Shown: positions 30,245-40,355, numbered from the stretch's first letter. The stretch is DNA of 46,186 bases from Phycisphaerae bacterium (GCA_045863575.1 BTUC01000005.1:1-46186); one strand, 5' to 3'. Translations and numbers: made by a program. Notes: a model not told the origin generated them from the sequence alone.

Positions 30245-31536
30245 CTACCGGGTCATCGCGTTGCCACTCGCGTCGTTGGCGATCTGCTGCTTGTCGGGAT
30301 CGAAGGTGAACATTCTTCCCTCGCGCCAGCTCCGGACGGCCAGCCCGAGCACGACCATGACTTTGTAGCCGGTCGATGAATCGCAGTGGGGCTGCTCGCG
30401 CGTGCGCATGCAGTGGATAAAGTTCTCCTCGTGGCCCATGCGCGACTCGGCCTCGATCGTCCGCTCTTCGACCTCTTGGGCAAACGCCGGCTCCGGTGTG
30501 ATGAATGCGCGAGTTCCGCCGTCCGAGCCCCCTTCGAAGGTCAGTGTAGCCTTCTCGCCGCGGATGGCCGTCTCGATGCCCCGTTCGGTCGTCTGCGTGC
30601 TGGCCAAGGTAGCCATGTACCGGCTGGGGTACTCGACCGTAATCTGGAACGTATCCGGCGTCTCCCGGTCGTAGTGGCGATACACGCCGCCGCCGGCGCT
30701 GACCCGCAGGGGGAACTCGGCCCCCAGGCAGATTTGCAGGCAGGACAGCAGGTGCACGATCAGGTCGTGGGCCAGACCTCCCGAGTAATCCCAGTACTTG
30801 CGGTAGCGGAAGTAGCGCTCCGGATCAAAGGGCCGCCGCGGGGCCGGTCCAAGGAAGCGTTCCCAGTCCAGGTTCTGAGGTGAACAGCCTGGATCGATGC
30901 GATAGTTCCAGTCGCCTTCGGGATTGTTGCGATGCAATCCGCCGCTGACCCAGACCACCTTGCCGAGGGCGCCTTCCCGGATGGCCTTGCGGGCCTGCCA
31001 CCAGATATCGTGAGAGGTGGCTCCCGCGCCCACCTGCACGATGCGTCTGAGCCGCTGGGCGGCGCGGTGCATGTCCTTGGCCTGCTCCCAGGACAGTGCC
31101 ATCGGCTTCTCGACGTGGACGTCCTTGCCCGCCTGCATTGCGTCCATGGCCATCTGGTGATGCCAGTGGTCCGGCGTGGCGATGATCACCCCGTCCACGA
31201 TGTCACCCTCGAGCATGTCGCGATAGTCGTGAAAGACTCGTGCCCGTGACCGGGCCTGGGCGGCCTGCTTGCGCGGTTCGTAGATGTCACACACCGCCGA
31301 CAACTCCACGTTCCATTGGGGGTCGCGGCTCAACTCCAGTGCCTTGGGCACGTGGTAGTTGAGCCCGCAGTCACCGCAGCCGATGAGGCCCAGGCGGATC
31401 CGGTCATTGGCTCCCAGAACGCGCGCATCCGCCCGGCGGGGCCGCGGCGCGGCCGCGGCGCCACGGCCGCCACGGATGTACGCAGGAATTCTCGACGCGC
31501 TACTCGCCGCTTATGGTTTCCGTGGTTTTCCGCCAT
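30245..31536 (-). pseudogene. Tat-exported Gfo/Idh/MocA oxidoreductase with a frameshift after the signal peptide (or a sequencing error)
   Basis: MAEN...ARREFLRTS in one frame; RVLGANDRIRLGLIGCG...ATPDHWH...VEKP in the -1 frame, which is closed upstream by TAA. Confidence 0.75.
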
Positions 31537-31573
31537 GATCGAAGTTCTCCCGGCTGTTCTATGGACCGGTCGC

Positions 31574-32677
31574 TTAATTGGGCTTCTCTGACTGCGATCG
31601 GGACTCCGAGCGCAAGGAACCGAACTGACCATAGATGGGATAGTACTTGACAGATCCGCGGCCGGTGCGGACCTGGCCGGTCACGGTTTCCCGAGGCTCA
31701 AACGTGACGCGGTTTTCGCGGACGTCCGCCACGATGAACTCAACCGGGGAGTTGATGCCGTGGACCGACGGCGGGGTCGCATACACATCGGCCCCCAGGT
31801 TCTGGCCGCGGGACCAGTTCTGCCCGTAATGCCAGTGTCCGCCGAAAACGGCCCGGAGGGTCTGCCGGTCCTGGCACCCGGCCAGCACGCGGTAGAGCGG
31901 CCGGCTGTCCATGCCTCGGTCGCCGGTCATGTACTCGGGGTGGTGCAAGAAGGCGATGGTGGGATAACCCTCCGGATTGCTGGTGTCCCGGCAGAAGTGG
32001 TCGATCATCCATTTCTGCTGGGCCTCCCACCGTGGCCGGGCTTTATCAATTCGCTCCTGTTCCCATTTGTCGGAGGGAGGATCGACATTGGAGTCGACGA
32101 TCGCGAAATGAATGCCACCGGCGGTGAAGGCGTAGTTGTAGGGACCTTTGTCCATGAAGGCGCGGTATGCGGGGTGGTTGGCCGTCGCATCGAACAGGCG
32201 GTTCAGCGGCAGCGGGGTCTGTTCGCAGAACCAGCGGACCTTGAGGTCCTCGACCCGGTGATGAACGTCGTGGTTGCCCATGACCGGATGAATTTCGATG
32301 CCCGCTGCGCGCAGGCGGCGGAAGGCCTCACGAACGGTCTCGATTTCCTTTTCGCTGACGCCCGGCACGGCATCGCCGCAAATGTCCCCGAGCACCACCA
32401 CAAACGCCGGCTGGAGTGCGATCACGTGGTCCGCAAGGATACCCACCTGGTCGTATGCGTTTGGATGCGGATGCAGGTCCGAGATGATGATGAACCGGTT
32501 GGGCAGTGCATCGCCCGGAGTGGCGGGGCGGGCCGGCGCCTCCGCGGCCTGGGCGGCAGGGATCGTCGGGCCCGGGCCCAGCCCGGCGGTGACTCCCCAT
32601 ACCTGGAAAGCCAGCATTAAAGCGATGGACTTCCGTCGGGCGGAACCGCGGGCTGGGCCGCTCGGCCGAATGCTCAT
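31574..32677 (-). CDS. Calcineurin-like metallophosphoesterase, exported
   Basis: SDLH, LGDI, MGNHD, LHHP, GGHWH motifs; AGGAG RBS and ATGA overlap with the upstream gene. Confidence 0.85.
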   Translation of the reverse strand: MSIRPSGPARGSARRKSIALMLAFQVWGVTAGLGPGPTIPAAQAAEAPARPATPGDALPNRFIIISDLHPHPNAYDQVGILADHVIALQPAFVVVLGDICGDAVPGVSEKEIETVREAFRRLRAAGIEIHPVMGNHDVHHRVEDLKVRWFCEQTPLPLNRLFDATANHPAYRAFMDKGPYNYAFTAGGIHFAIVDSNVDPPSDKWEQERIDKARPRWEAQQKWMIDHFCRDTSNPEGYPTIAFLHHPEYMTGDRGMDSRPLYRVLAGCQDRQTLRAVFGGHWHYGQNWSRGQNLGADVYATPPSVHGINSPVEFIVADVRENRVTFEPRETVTGQVRTGRGSVKYYPIYGQFGSLRSESRSQSEKPN

Positions 32678-34755
32678 TTGATCACTCCTTCCTGGCCGGC
32701 CTTGATCCGGACCACCGGTGAGCACACGGTCTGGCATCCGCCGTCGATTACCGTTCGGGACAGGGCCACGACATGCAGTTCGGCGGCATGGGCCGCAAAG
32801 TCCAGCTTCTCGATGGATACCCAATGATCCTTCGCGGCGCGTTCGTAGACCACGGGCGTCTCGAAGGGAAAATCGCTCAGCCGCACTTCTGATGGCTGGT
32901 TTTTCGCGCCCCAGCCGAGATGGTTGACCGCCTGAGAGTCCAGGAAGCGGTAGAGAACCTGCGCTGCGCCGGCCGGCACGGGCGTCTTCCATACGACCTG
33001 GGCGGCGCGCAGCTTCGGCCGGACGGTGACCATCGGCGACTTGATTCGCTCGTCGATCTTGAGGACGGCTTCCTCGGGGGCCAGGCGTCGGTGAGGCCAT
33101 GGGATCTCTTCCAGGCGCACCGAGTCCCAGTTCATCTCGTAAATGGGCTCTGAACGTTGCCGCGGGTTGCAGTACAGGATGGCGGTGACCACGTCTGACT
33201 GCGCCTCGGCCACCGTTTCGAACCTTCCCCAGGTGGAGTAGTCGTGCTCCTCGGACCAGGCGGTGGTCTCGGGAAGGTCCGGCCACTTCTGCTCTGGTTT
33301 ACGAGGATCCTGGCCGACGCATTCGTTGTAGGGGGGCGCGGGGTGCCGGGTGACATCGGCGGCGAACTGCTCCCTGAGTTTCCCGAAAGGTTCGAGACCG
33401 ATCCGGGCCTGCGGCTGGGGGTCCTTGGCCGTCGGGGCGAACCAGCCGTACGCGCTGAGCCGGTACCAGTGGCCCGGCTCCACGCCGCCCACGTTCTGAA
33501 GCACTCCCCCGCGCCAGCGGTGCGCCCACATGTGGATGCGCACGTACTCTTTGCCCGAATGCGGGGTGTCGTTGCCCACGGCGTGCTCGGGCGCGTGATC
33601 GCCGCAGGTGAACCACTGATACCATCCGGCCGGCGACCAGCCACGGAAACGTTCGTACCAGATGCCGTTGTCGAAGTTACCGTTGTAGACGAGGTTCAGG
33701 CCGCTCGTCGGTGGCTCTTTGGTGGCCATGCTTGCGGACGTCGACTCCGAGGGGATCGGCGGAAACTCCGGCCGGCGGTAGGGCGTGAAGGAGCCCTGGC
33801 AGGTCCATATCGTGGTCGGACCCTCCACTGGCGGCATCGGCTCGCCTTTCTTCAGCAGGTAGCGGTCGAGCTGCAACCGGTCACCGAAGACGCGCAGGAT
33901 CATGGCGTCGCTGTCCCGGAGGGGCCCTTCCGACACGCCGGCGCCGGTGATGAAGGTGACGCCGTGCCGCTCCTGGAGTGCGTAGTTGTGGTCATGGCCA
34001 TTCAGAACCAGCTTGACGTTGTGCTGGCCCTCCAGTCCCTCGAAGTATCTGGCCACCTTGTCGATGGTATGCTCGTGCTGGAGCAGGATGGTGACGGAAC
34101 TGTCGTCGGGTTGCACGATGAGGTCGCGAATCCAGTCGCGCTGCTCATCGCTGTAGTAGCAGTCGGCGACGATGAAGCGGATGCCGCCGCGCTTGAAGAC
34201 GTAGCGGTAAGACCCTTCCGGCGGGGCCGCGGAAGGGCCTCCATCGGGCTGCCAGGTGGGGTGCGTGATCACCTCGGGGTTCCAGGCCGGCCAGAGCGGG
34301 CCGGTCGCGTCCACCGTAACCCGATTGTGGTAAAAACCTCTATTGGCGGCGCGCACGCCGGTGTCGAGCCGGTACACACCGCGCGACGCCGCTTCGCGCA
34401 AATGAGGCTTGACGCGGCCGCGATCGATGTCATCATGATTTCCCGGCGCCATATGGAACTCCAGCGGCGGCGAGGCGGAACGCAGCAGCTCCATCACGTC
34501 CTGCCATGCGCACTGGTTGGCCCACTCGAAGCGCGTATCCCCGGTGTGGATGACCATCTGTGGCTGTTCCTTGCGCAACCGATCGACCAGCGTGGTGATC
34601 CACTCGCAGCGCGACGTCTGGGTGTCGGTGATCCAGGCAATGCGCCAGAGAGCGCCGTCGGGTTGCGGTGGGGCGGAGTCAGCGGCCCAGGCTACGGCCG
34701 GTGCAGACAGGAGCAGGATCGTCGCCAACATACGGTAACGAGAGTAAGCCGGCAT
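32674..34755 (-). CDS. Secreted metallophosphoesterase with C-terminal CBM-like domain
   Basis: Signal peptide; TDTQ, HTGD, PGNHD, QHEH, NGHDH; NLVYNGNFD...PGHWYRLSAY...YWDSV-like (MNWDSVRL) domain. Confidence 0.82.
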   Translation of the reverse strand: MPAYSRYRMLATILLLSAPAVAWAADSAPPQPDGALWRIAWITDTQTSRCEWITTLVDRLRKEQPQMVIHTGDTRFEWANQCAWQDVMELLRSASPPLEFHMAPGNHDDIDRGRVKPHLREAASRGVYRLDTGVRAANRGFYHNRVTVDATGPLWPAWNPEVITHPTWQPDGGPSAAPPEGSYRYVFKRGGIRFIVADCYYSDEQRDWIRDLIVQPDDSSVTILLQHEHTIDKVARYFEGLEGQHNVKLVLNGHDHNYALQERHGVTFITGAGVSEGPLRDSDAMILRVFGDRLQLDRYLLKKGEPMPPVEGPTTIWTCQGSFTPYRRPEFPPIPSESTSASMATKEPPTSGLNLVYNGNFDNGIWYERFRGWSPAGWYQWFTCGDHAPEHAVGNDTPHSGKEYVRIHMWAHRWRGGVLQNVGGVEPGHWYRLSAYGWFAPTAKDPQPQARIGLEPFGKLREQFAADVTRHPAPPYNECVGQDPRKPEQKWPDLPETTAWSEEHDYSTWGRFETVAEAQSDVVTAILYCNPRQRSEPIYEMNWDSVRLEEIPWPHRRLAPEEAVLKIDERIKSPMVTVRPKLRAAQVVWKTPVPAGAAQVLYRFLDSQAVNHLGWGAKNQPSEVRLSDFPFETPVVYERAAKDHWVSIEKLDFAAHAAELHVVALSRTVIDGGCQTVCSPVVRIKAGQEGVIK

Positions 34756-34921
34756 GAAAAAACGTCTCCAACAAGAAAGCTCAACAATGTTGCGATAGCC
34801 GGGCAGCCTGATACCGGCGGAGTTCCGGTTGCAGACTGCCCGGTTTCCTTACCATCCTCTGTTCATTCCGGAAGGCAGGCCGGCCGGCGGATCGGCCCCT
34901 GTGCCGGACTACCTTCAGGGT

Positions 34922-37462
34922 TTACGGGCACGGATTGGCCGCGCAGGACGTTCCCACTCCCTGGGGGGTACCGCCGAGCGTGGTGCATTCCACCGGATGC
35001 AGATCCTCGCAGCCTTCCGGCAGACAGCAGGCCTCTACGAGGCAGCCGGGATCCGCCGGGATGTCCGGTCCGCTGGCACACGTCTCGAACAGGGTCAGGT
35101 CGGCGAGGTCGACATCAAGCCCATCCGCATCGAAATCTGCGCAATAGCAGTCGGGGCCGTCCGGTGGTGAGGAGATGCCGCCAGCTTCGGCCGTCAGGCA
35201 CGCCTGGACTAATCCGAAGTCCTCCTGGTCCACATCGCCATCGCCGTCCAGATCTGCCCGGGGCGAATTGCAGGGCGCTGGGAACGCCTCGGCGACAAAG
35301 TCGATGTCGTCGTACATGAGCTTGTAGGGTTGCACCGCGGCGAGCCCCGCGTACGCCCGGGTATCGTTGCGCAGCAGCAGGTAACGAGGTGCCCCCGCCG
35401 TTCCGTCGGCTTTGGTGGCGGAGAACTCACCGCTCCGCTCGAGTTCCACGAAACCGGTCGGTGATGCGTCGGACAGATCGCTGATGTCGCTGTCCGTGAT
35501 TTCGAGAATACGCATCCACGAGAACCAGTTCGAGTAATTCCACAGCATGTCCGCCGAGATAGGATCCAGCGGCGAGTCGAGTACGGAGTAGCCTGAAGTC
35601 TCCTGATCCCAGCACAGGTCGAACGTCTCGCGAGCAAAGCGGTATTGGTCCGGATAGCTTGGTGTGGGCAGTGGATTGGTATCCCACAGGTTGCTCATCT
35701 GAGTCAGGTAGCGGAACTTGTAGCGCACCCCCGTGGCTCGCGGCGACCAGTTGCGGACAGGGATGACGTGACCCCACTGTCCGGAGAGCTGACTGCCGCT
35801 CGCACCGCCCGGGCTGGCCCGGCCCCAGAAGTGGTCACCGGAAGGCGTGGCCGTTCCCAGTGGATCGGTGGGCGTGGTCACGCCGTTGGTGTAGCCCTCG
35901 ATCGGCCCTTCGTCGCCATTGAAGCCGCGCAGCAGTTCCCAATCCGTCGGCGGGTCTGGCGCCGTCGTGCCATTGTGGATCAGATTGAACGGGCCGACCT
36001 CGAAGTCGCCATTGGGAACATCACTGGCGAACGGGCCGATGCCGCCGCCGGACGCCGACTCGGCGGAGAAGACCACGCCGTCAAAAACGTTGTGGGACAG
36101 GTCCGCCCGTCCGTCGATCTTCAGGCGGATTTCCAGGATCACCACCTGGGGATTGTCCGGGATGCTTCCCGAGATCTTCAAGTGGCGCCAGTTGTTGAAG
36201 TTCTGCACGGTCGCGGCGGAGAAGAACTGGCTCTTCACGCGCCCCAAAGTGAAGCTTCGCGGCGTCTCGGGGGCCTGGTAGCTGTCTCCGATATTGGTGG
36301 TGTGTTGCGGCGATCCCACCAGGTGGCCGAAGTTGCTGACCTCGATATGGCCGTACGCGTCGTTGAGATTCGAGTTGGTTGCTCCGCCGGAACTGGTCTG
36401 TTTCCAGGTGAGCAGCGTCGCTTTCAGCATGCTGGTTTCCGAGGCCGTGCAGGGCGCCAGAGGATCGTTGTTGATCGTGGTGATCAGGGCCGCCTTGGCC
36501 GCCAGCGCACGTTGATTGACGTAGATAAAGTCGGTGATCCAACTGTTACCGGCGTCCACGAAGGTCCGGGAGTTCACGGCGTTGTAGCCATTGCTCCAGG
36601 TGAGCGAGATTTTGTCGTTTGCGTAGTCGGCAGCGACCCAGGGCGCTTGCGGATCGTTGGCGATCGCTTCCAGAGTCTTGACCTTGGCGTTGGCCCGGCC
36701 CAGGCCGGCGCTGCAATCGATGGCCACGTCGCTGTCGGGCTGAATGCCGTCGCCGACGTCGAACTCGTAGATGCGCTCGGAGGCGCCGCCGACGTCGAGC
36801 GTGAAGCGGTCGCCGTCGCGCATGTTGCGGGGGTACTTCAGCAGGGCCACCACGGGGCTGCTGCCGACGTGGACGGCCACGTCGCTGGTGGGGCGGATGC
36901 CGTCGCCGACGTCAAACTCGTAGACGCGGTTCACGCCGCCGGTGTCGATCTCGATAGTGTCGCCATCGGCGATGTTGTCTTCATCCTCGCTGGGGCCGGA
37001 CATATACACGATGGCCGTATCGTGGGGCATGAGGCCGTCTTCGGCCCACCAGATAATGTGCTCCTGCTGCTGCTCGTAAGCGTTCCAGTCACCGGAGTGG
37101 GCCACCTGGGCCCAGATCTCGAAGTCAAAACGGGTCCGGTCCGCGTTTGCACTCCAGTTGCTCACGTCGATGGCCTGGCGGTAGAGGACGTGTCCGAACA
37201 CGTCATGCCCGACTGCCCCCTTGTTGTACGTGTAGCCGCCGAAGTATTGCCCGTCCGCGGCGGTCAGACCGTGCCCGCAGGTACATTGTTGCACCGGCGG
37301 ATCGTGGTACTCCGCAAAGTTCGCACCCCACGGCTGTGGCCAGATGATCCAGCCGTTGTTGGTGCCCTCCTCGAAGCTGCCGTTGACAACGGATGCACCG
37401 GCTGATGCCGCCGGCGCGATTGCCGTCATAACGAGAACAGAACAGATCCAGATCGAGCGCAT
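34922..37462 (-). CDS. Secreted multidomain protein, paralogue B of 25695..27914, with nested duplicated module
   Basis: Shares HVLYRQAI.V.NWS, SGSIPDNP.VV.LEIRLK, GPIEGYTNGVT.PTDPLGT.TPSG.HFWGRA and D.DGDGDVDQEDFGLVQACLT with paralogue A; GGAGG RBS. Confidence 0.82.
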   Translation of the reverse strand: MRSIWICSVLVMTAIAPAASAGASVVNGSFEEGTNNGWIIWPQPWGANFAEYHDPPVQQCTCGHGLTAADGQYFGGYTYNKGAVGHDVFGHVLYRQAIDVSNWSANADRTRFDFEIWAQVAHSGDWNAYEQQQEHIIWWAEDGLMPHDTAIVYMSGPSEDEDNIADGDTIEIDTGGVNRVYEFDVGDGIRPTSDVAVHVGSSPVVALLKYPRNMRDGDRFTLDVGGASERIYEFDVGDGIQPDSDVAIDCSAGLGRANAKVKTLEAIANDPQAPWVAADYANDKISLTWSNGYNAVNSRTFVDAGNSWITDFIYVNQRALAAKAALITTINNDPLAPCTASETSMLKATLLTWKQTSSGGATNSNLNDAYGHIEVSNFGHLVGSPQHTTNIGDSYQAPETPRSFTLGRVKSQFFSAATVQNFNNWRHLKISGSIPDNPQVVILEIRLKIDGRADLSHNVFDGVVFSAESASGGGIGPFASDVPNGDFEVGPFNLIHNGTTAPDPPTDWELLRGFNGDEGPIEGYTNGVTTPTDPLGTATPSGDHFWGRASPGGASGSQLSGQWGHVIPVRNWSPRATGVRYKFRYLTQMSNLWDTNPLPTPSYPDQYRFARETFDLCWDQETSGYSVLDSPLDPISADMLWNYSNWFSWMRILEITDSDISDLSDASPTGFVELERSGEFSATKADGTAGAPRYLLLRNDTRAYAGLAAVQPYKLMYDDIDFVAEAFPAPCNSPRADLDGDGDVDQEDFGLVQACLTAEAGGISSPPDGPDCYCADFDADGLDVDLADLTLFETCASGPDIPADPGCLVEACCLPEGCEDLHPVECTTLGGTPQGVGTSCAANPCP

Positions 37463-37524
37463 CGTTGGCCCTCCCAGTCCAGGAAATGGAAACACGAAAC
37501 TCGTTCCACCCAACAGTGACTTCC

Positions 37525-38586
37525 TCAACTCGACTCGCGCCTAATCAATTCAGGCGGGACCACGACGGCCCGCCGGTCTTTCGAGATCACCTGATGGTCC
37601 AGCAGCTCGAACATCATGCCCACCAGCGCGCTGGCCAGCAGGTCGTGACGCAGATCGATCGTGGTCAGGGGCGGATCGATACAACGGCCGAACTCCTGGT
37701 TGTCGCAGGAGACGATGGCCACGTCCTCGGGCACCCGGACCCCGCGCTTGCGCAGCGCGCAGATCAGGCTGGCGGCGTAGAAATCGTTGACGATGACCAG
37801 GGCATCCGCCTGTTTGTCGATGACCAGGTCGTCGACGGCTTCCAGGGCCAGCTCCGGTGTAAAGGTGTCCGTCCAGGGCCTCGAGGTGCGCTGGTTCATC
37901 ACCCAGATCAATCTTTCGTCAACGCGTTGGCCGGCCTGGGTCAGGACCGCCTCGTACGCCCGTCGTCGCGCCAGGGCATAAGGGAAGTCGAGTTCCCGAA
38001 GGACCAGGCCAATGCGGCGGCGGCCGCGGTCCAGCAGATGCCGCACTCCGATTCGACCCACCTCGAAGAAATCCGGGCCCACGTGGCAGACGTGTGAAGG
38101 CGTACCGCCCCGTGTGTCGGTGGGGCGCTCGTAGAACACCACGTTCTCCATCCGCAGCAGCTCCGGCAAAAGCTCCCGCTTGTGTCGGGGGTGATGGTGG
38201 AAAAAGCTGAACAGGCCATCCACGCCGCGGGCCCGAAAGTCGCTGAGATAGTCCCTGATCCGGACGGCGGAACCGGCCGCATGCCCGAGCATGAAGCGCA
38301 CGCCGCGCTCGGCGGCCAGCAACTCCATCGGTTCGATGAGCCGCAGGTCAATCATCAGCTCGCTGGTTACCAGCACGCCGACCACGTTGCTGCGTTTGCC
38401 TTTCAGTTGCTGAGCGGCGGCATTCGGCCGGTAGTTCAAGGCGCGGGCCGCGGCCAGGATCCGCTTGGTAGTGCTTTCGGCGATGCGGTGCGTTTTGGCC
38501 CGGCCGTTCAGCACGACCGAGACCGTGGTGCGCGACAGCGAGAGCTGCTCGGCGATCTGTGCGGCGGTGACGTCCTGGCGTTTCAT
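37525..38586 (-). CDS. LacI family transcriptional regulator
   Basis: VTAAQIAEQLSLSRTTVSVVLNG HTH, LNYRPNAAAQQL hinge, VPEDVAIVSCDN, PPLTTI. Confidence 0.95.
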   Translation of the reverse strand: MKRQDVTAAQIAEQLSLSRTTVSVVLNGRAKTHRIAESTTKRILAAARALNYRPNAAAQQLKGKRSNVVGVLVTSELMIDLRLIEPMELLAAERGVRFMLGHAAGSAVRIRDYLSDFRARGVDGLFSFFHHHPRHKRELLPELLRMENVVFYERPTDTRGGTPSHVCHVGPDFFEVGRIGVRHLLDRGRRRIGLVLRELDFPYALARRRAYEAVLTQAGQRVDERLIWVMNQRTSRPWTDTFTPELALEAVDDLVIDKQADALVIVNDFYAASLICALRKRGVRVPEDVAIVSCDNQEFGRCIDPPLTTIDLRHDLLASALVGMMFELLDHQVISKDRRAVVVPPELIRRESS

Positions 38587-38661
38587 AACGCGCTCTCGGT
38601 TTGCTTCAGCGGTCGATCAGCCCGGCCCACACCTGAGCGGCTGCTGCGAGTAAGCAGCAAT

Positions 38662-38710
38662 GCTCACAGGTGTTAGCTGGAAATGTAATCCGCGATGCCG
38701 GGCGCGTCAA
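38662..38710 (-). promoter_or_regulatory. lacI-operon promoter with LacI-type operator at the start site
   Basis: Minus strand TTGACG-17-TACATT (38710-38682); near-palindrome GCTCACAGGTGTTAGC at 38662-38677. Confidence 0.6.
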
Positions 38711-39031
38711 TGGAAAAATGGCCCTTGGCCGGAAAGCTGCGTTTGCCAGTATTTTAAGTTCATTAGAATTCGTGGTTCATCTGCTGAGTCAACCTGTATC
38801 AGTCCCGCGCACGATCCTGATTTGCAGCTAAGCGGCGGCGTTTCAGTAGATATCACGCCAGCGGTCCCCGGGCCGCTCCTTTTCAACGGCGTGTTCTACT
38901 GATGGCTTGTGATGCACTAAGATTAGCTGTACGTAAGTCGTGCAAATCGATGAGCGAACCGTCGAGGCTTGAGTGGATTTTGGGGCTCAGTTTCCGAAAA
39001 GACCGCATCAAAGAGCGGCTCAGGTGCGCGC

Positions 39032-40237
39032 ATGGCTCACTTTCTTATCATCGGCGCCGGACGCCAGGGAATCGCTTGCGGCTGGTTCCTCCTGAATCGT
39101 TTCCCGGAGGCGCGTGTCGCCTACGTGGACCTGGATCGGCAACGCCTGGAGGCCGCGCGGCGCATGGGCGTCGATGCGGACCGCATCATGACGCAGGCGC
39201 ACGATCTGGATTCCGCATCTACCGGCTTGGAGAGTCTTGTAGAGGATTGTGATTGCGTCGTTGCCTGTGTGCCGTTCTTCCACAACGAGGATCTGACTCG
39301 CCTGGCCATCCGGCACAGGCGGCACTTCTGCGATCTGGGCGGCAACATCGCCACCGTTCGCCGACAGCTCGCGCTTGGTCAGGCGGCGGAAGCGGCCGGC
39401 GTGACGGTCGTGCCCGACTGCGGCCTGGCCCCGGGTGCGGTCAACGTCCTGGCCGAGATGTGGCGCCATGACTGGCGGTATCGCTCGGTCAAAATCTTCT
39501 GCGGCGGGTTGCCTCAGCATCCGCGCGGGGTGCTGCGCTACCAGTCCACCTTCAGCATCCACGGACTGCTGAACGAATACCTCGACGACTGTCAGGTGTC
39601 GCGCGGGGGTCGCGTCGTCTCCATCGAGGGCCTGTCCGAACCGGAGACGGTGACGGGTCTGCTTTTGCCGGGCGAATTCGAAGCGTTCGCGACCAGTGGA
39701 GGGGCGTCATTGGCTCCCGAGATCTACGCGCCGGCCGGGATCGACTATGAGTACAAGACGCTTCGCTACCCCGGTCACCGCGACGTCATCAAGGCCATGG
39801 CCGAGATCGGGCTCCTGGACATCCGGACGGTGATGGTCCGCCCAGCGGCCACCGCCGACGCGTCCCGGGCTTCGCCAGCGGTGCCCATCGCCCCGAGAGA
39901 TCTGACGCTTTCCCTGCTCGAAGGAGCACTGCAAAGTGATCGCCGCGACCTCGTGGTCGCCTGTGTGCTGGTCGAAGGGGTCAAGGGCAGCCAACCGGTG
40001 CAAGGCCGGGTCGATTGGCTGGACTATCCGGATGCGCGTTTCACGGCCATGGAACGCACCACCGGTTTCAGTGCGGGCATCGCCGCGGCTTTCGTGGCCG
40101 GGCTTCTCCCTGAACAGGCGCCGCCCGGCGCATTCGCACCCTTTCAGATCCTGCCGCCGCACCGGCTTCTGGAAGAGCTCCGCCGCACGGGCACAAACCT
40201 CCAGGTCACGAGCTCCTGCACGCCGGCTGCGGATTAA
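39032..40237 (+). CDS. Saccharopine dehydrogenase / lysine 6-dehydrogenase family protein
   Basis: IIGAGRQG, HFCDLGGN, PDCGLAPG, CGGLPQHP, GLLNEY, EAFATSGG, YKTLRYPGH, TAMERTTGF. Confidence 0.88.
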   Translation: MAHFLIIGAGRQGIACGWFLLNRFPEARVAYVDLDRQRLEAARRMGVDADRIMTQAHDLDSASTGLESLVEDCDCVVACVPFFHNEDLTRLAIRHRRHFCDLGGNIATVRRQLALGQAAEAAGVTVVPDCGLAPGAVNVLAEMWRHDWRYRSVKIFCGGLPQHPRGVLRYQSTFSIHGLLNEYLDDCQVSRGGRVVSIEGLSEPETVTGLLLPGEFEAFATSGGASLAPEIYAPAGIDYEYKTLRYPGHRDVIKAMAEIGLLDIRTVMVRPAATADASRASPAVPIAPRDLTLSLLEGALQSDRRDLVVACVLVEGVKGSQPVQGRVDWLDYPDARFTAMERTTGFSAGIAAAFVAGLLPEQAPPGAFAPFQILPPHRLLEELRRTGTNLQVTSSCTPAAD

Positions 40238-40355
40238 AGCTCTGCCGCGATAACTCGTTTCCATGAAATGTCTTGTCCCAACCGGAAGCGTTCGATATCC
40301 TCACTGGGTGGCTGGAGCCATCGCCGAGGCAAACTGGGCAAGGATAGGTTTTTTC

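Noticed and set aside
32678-33286. N-terminal extension of the 570 aa ORF
   Set aside because: Overlaps the upstream phosphoesterase in another frame; RBS and ATGA coupling support a start at 32677
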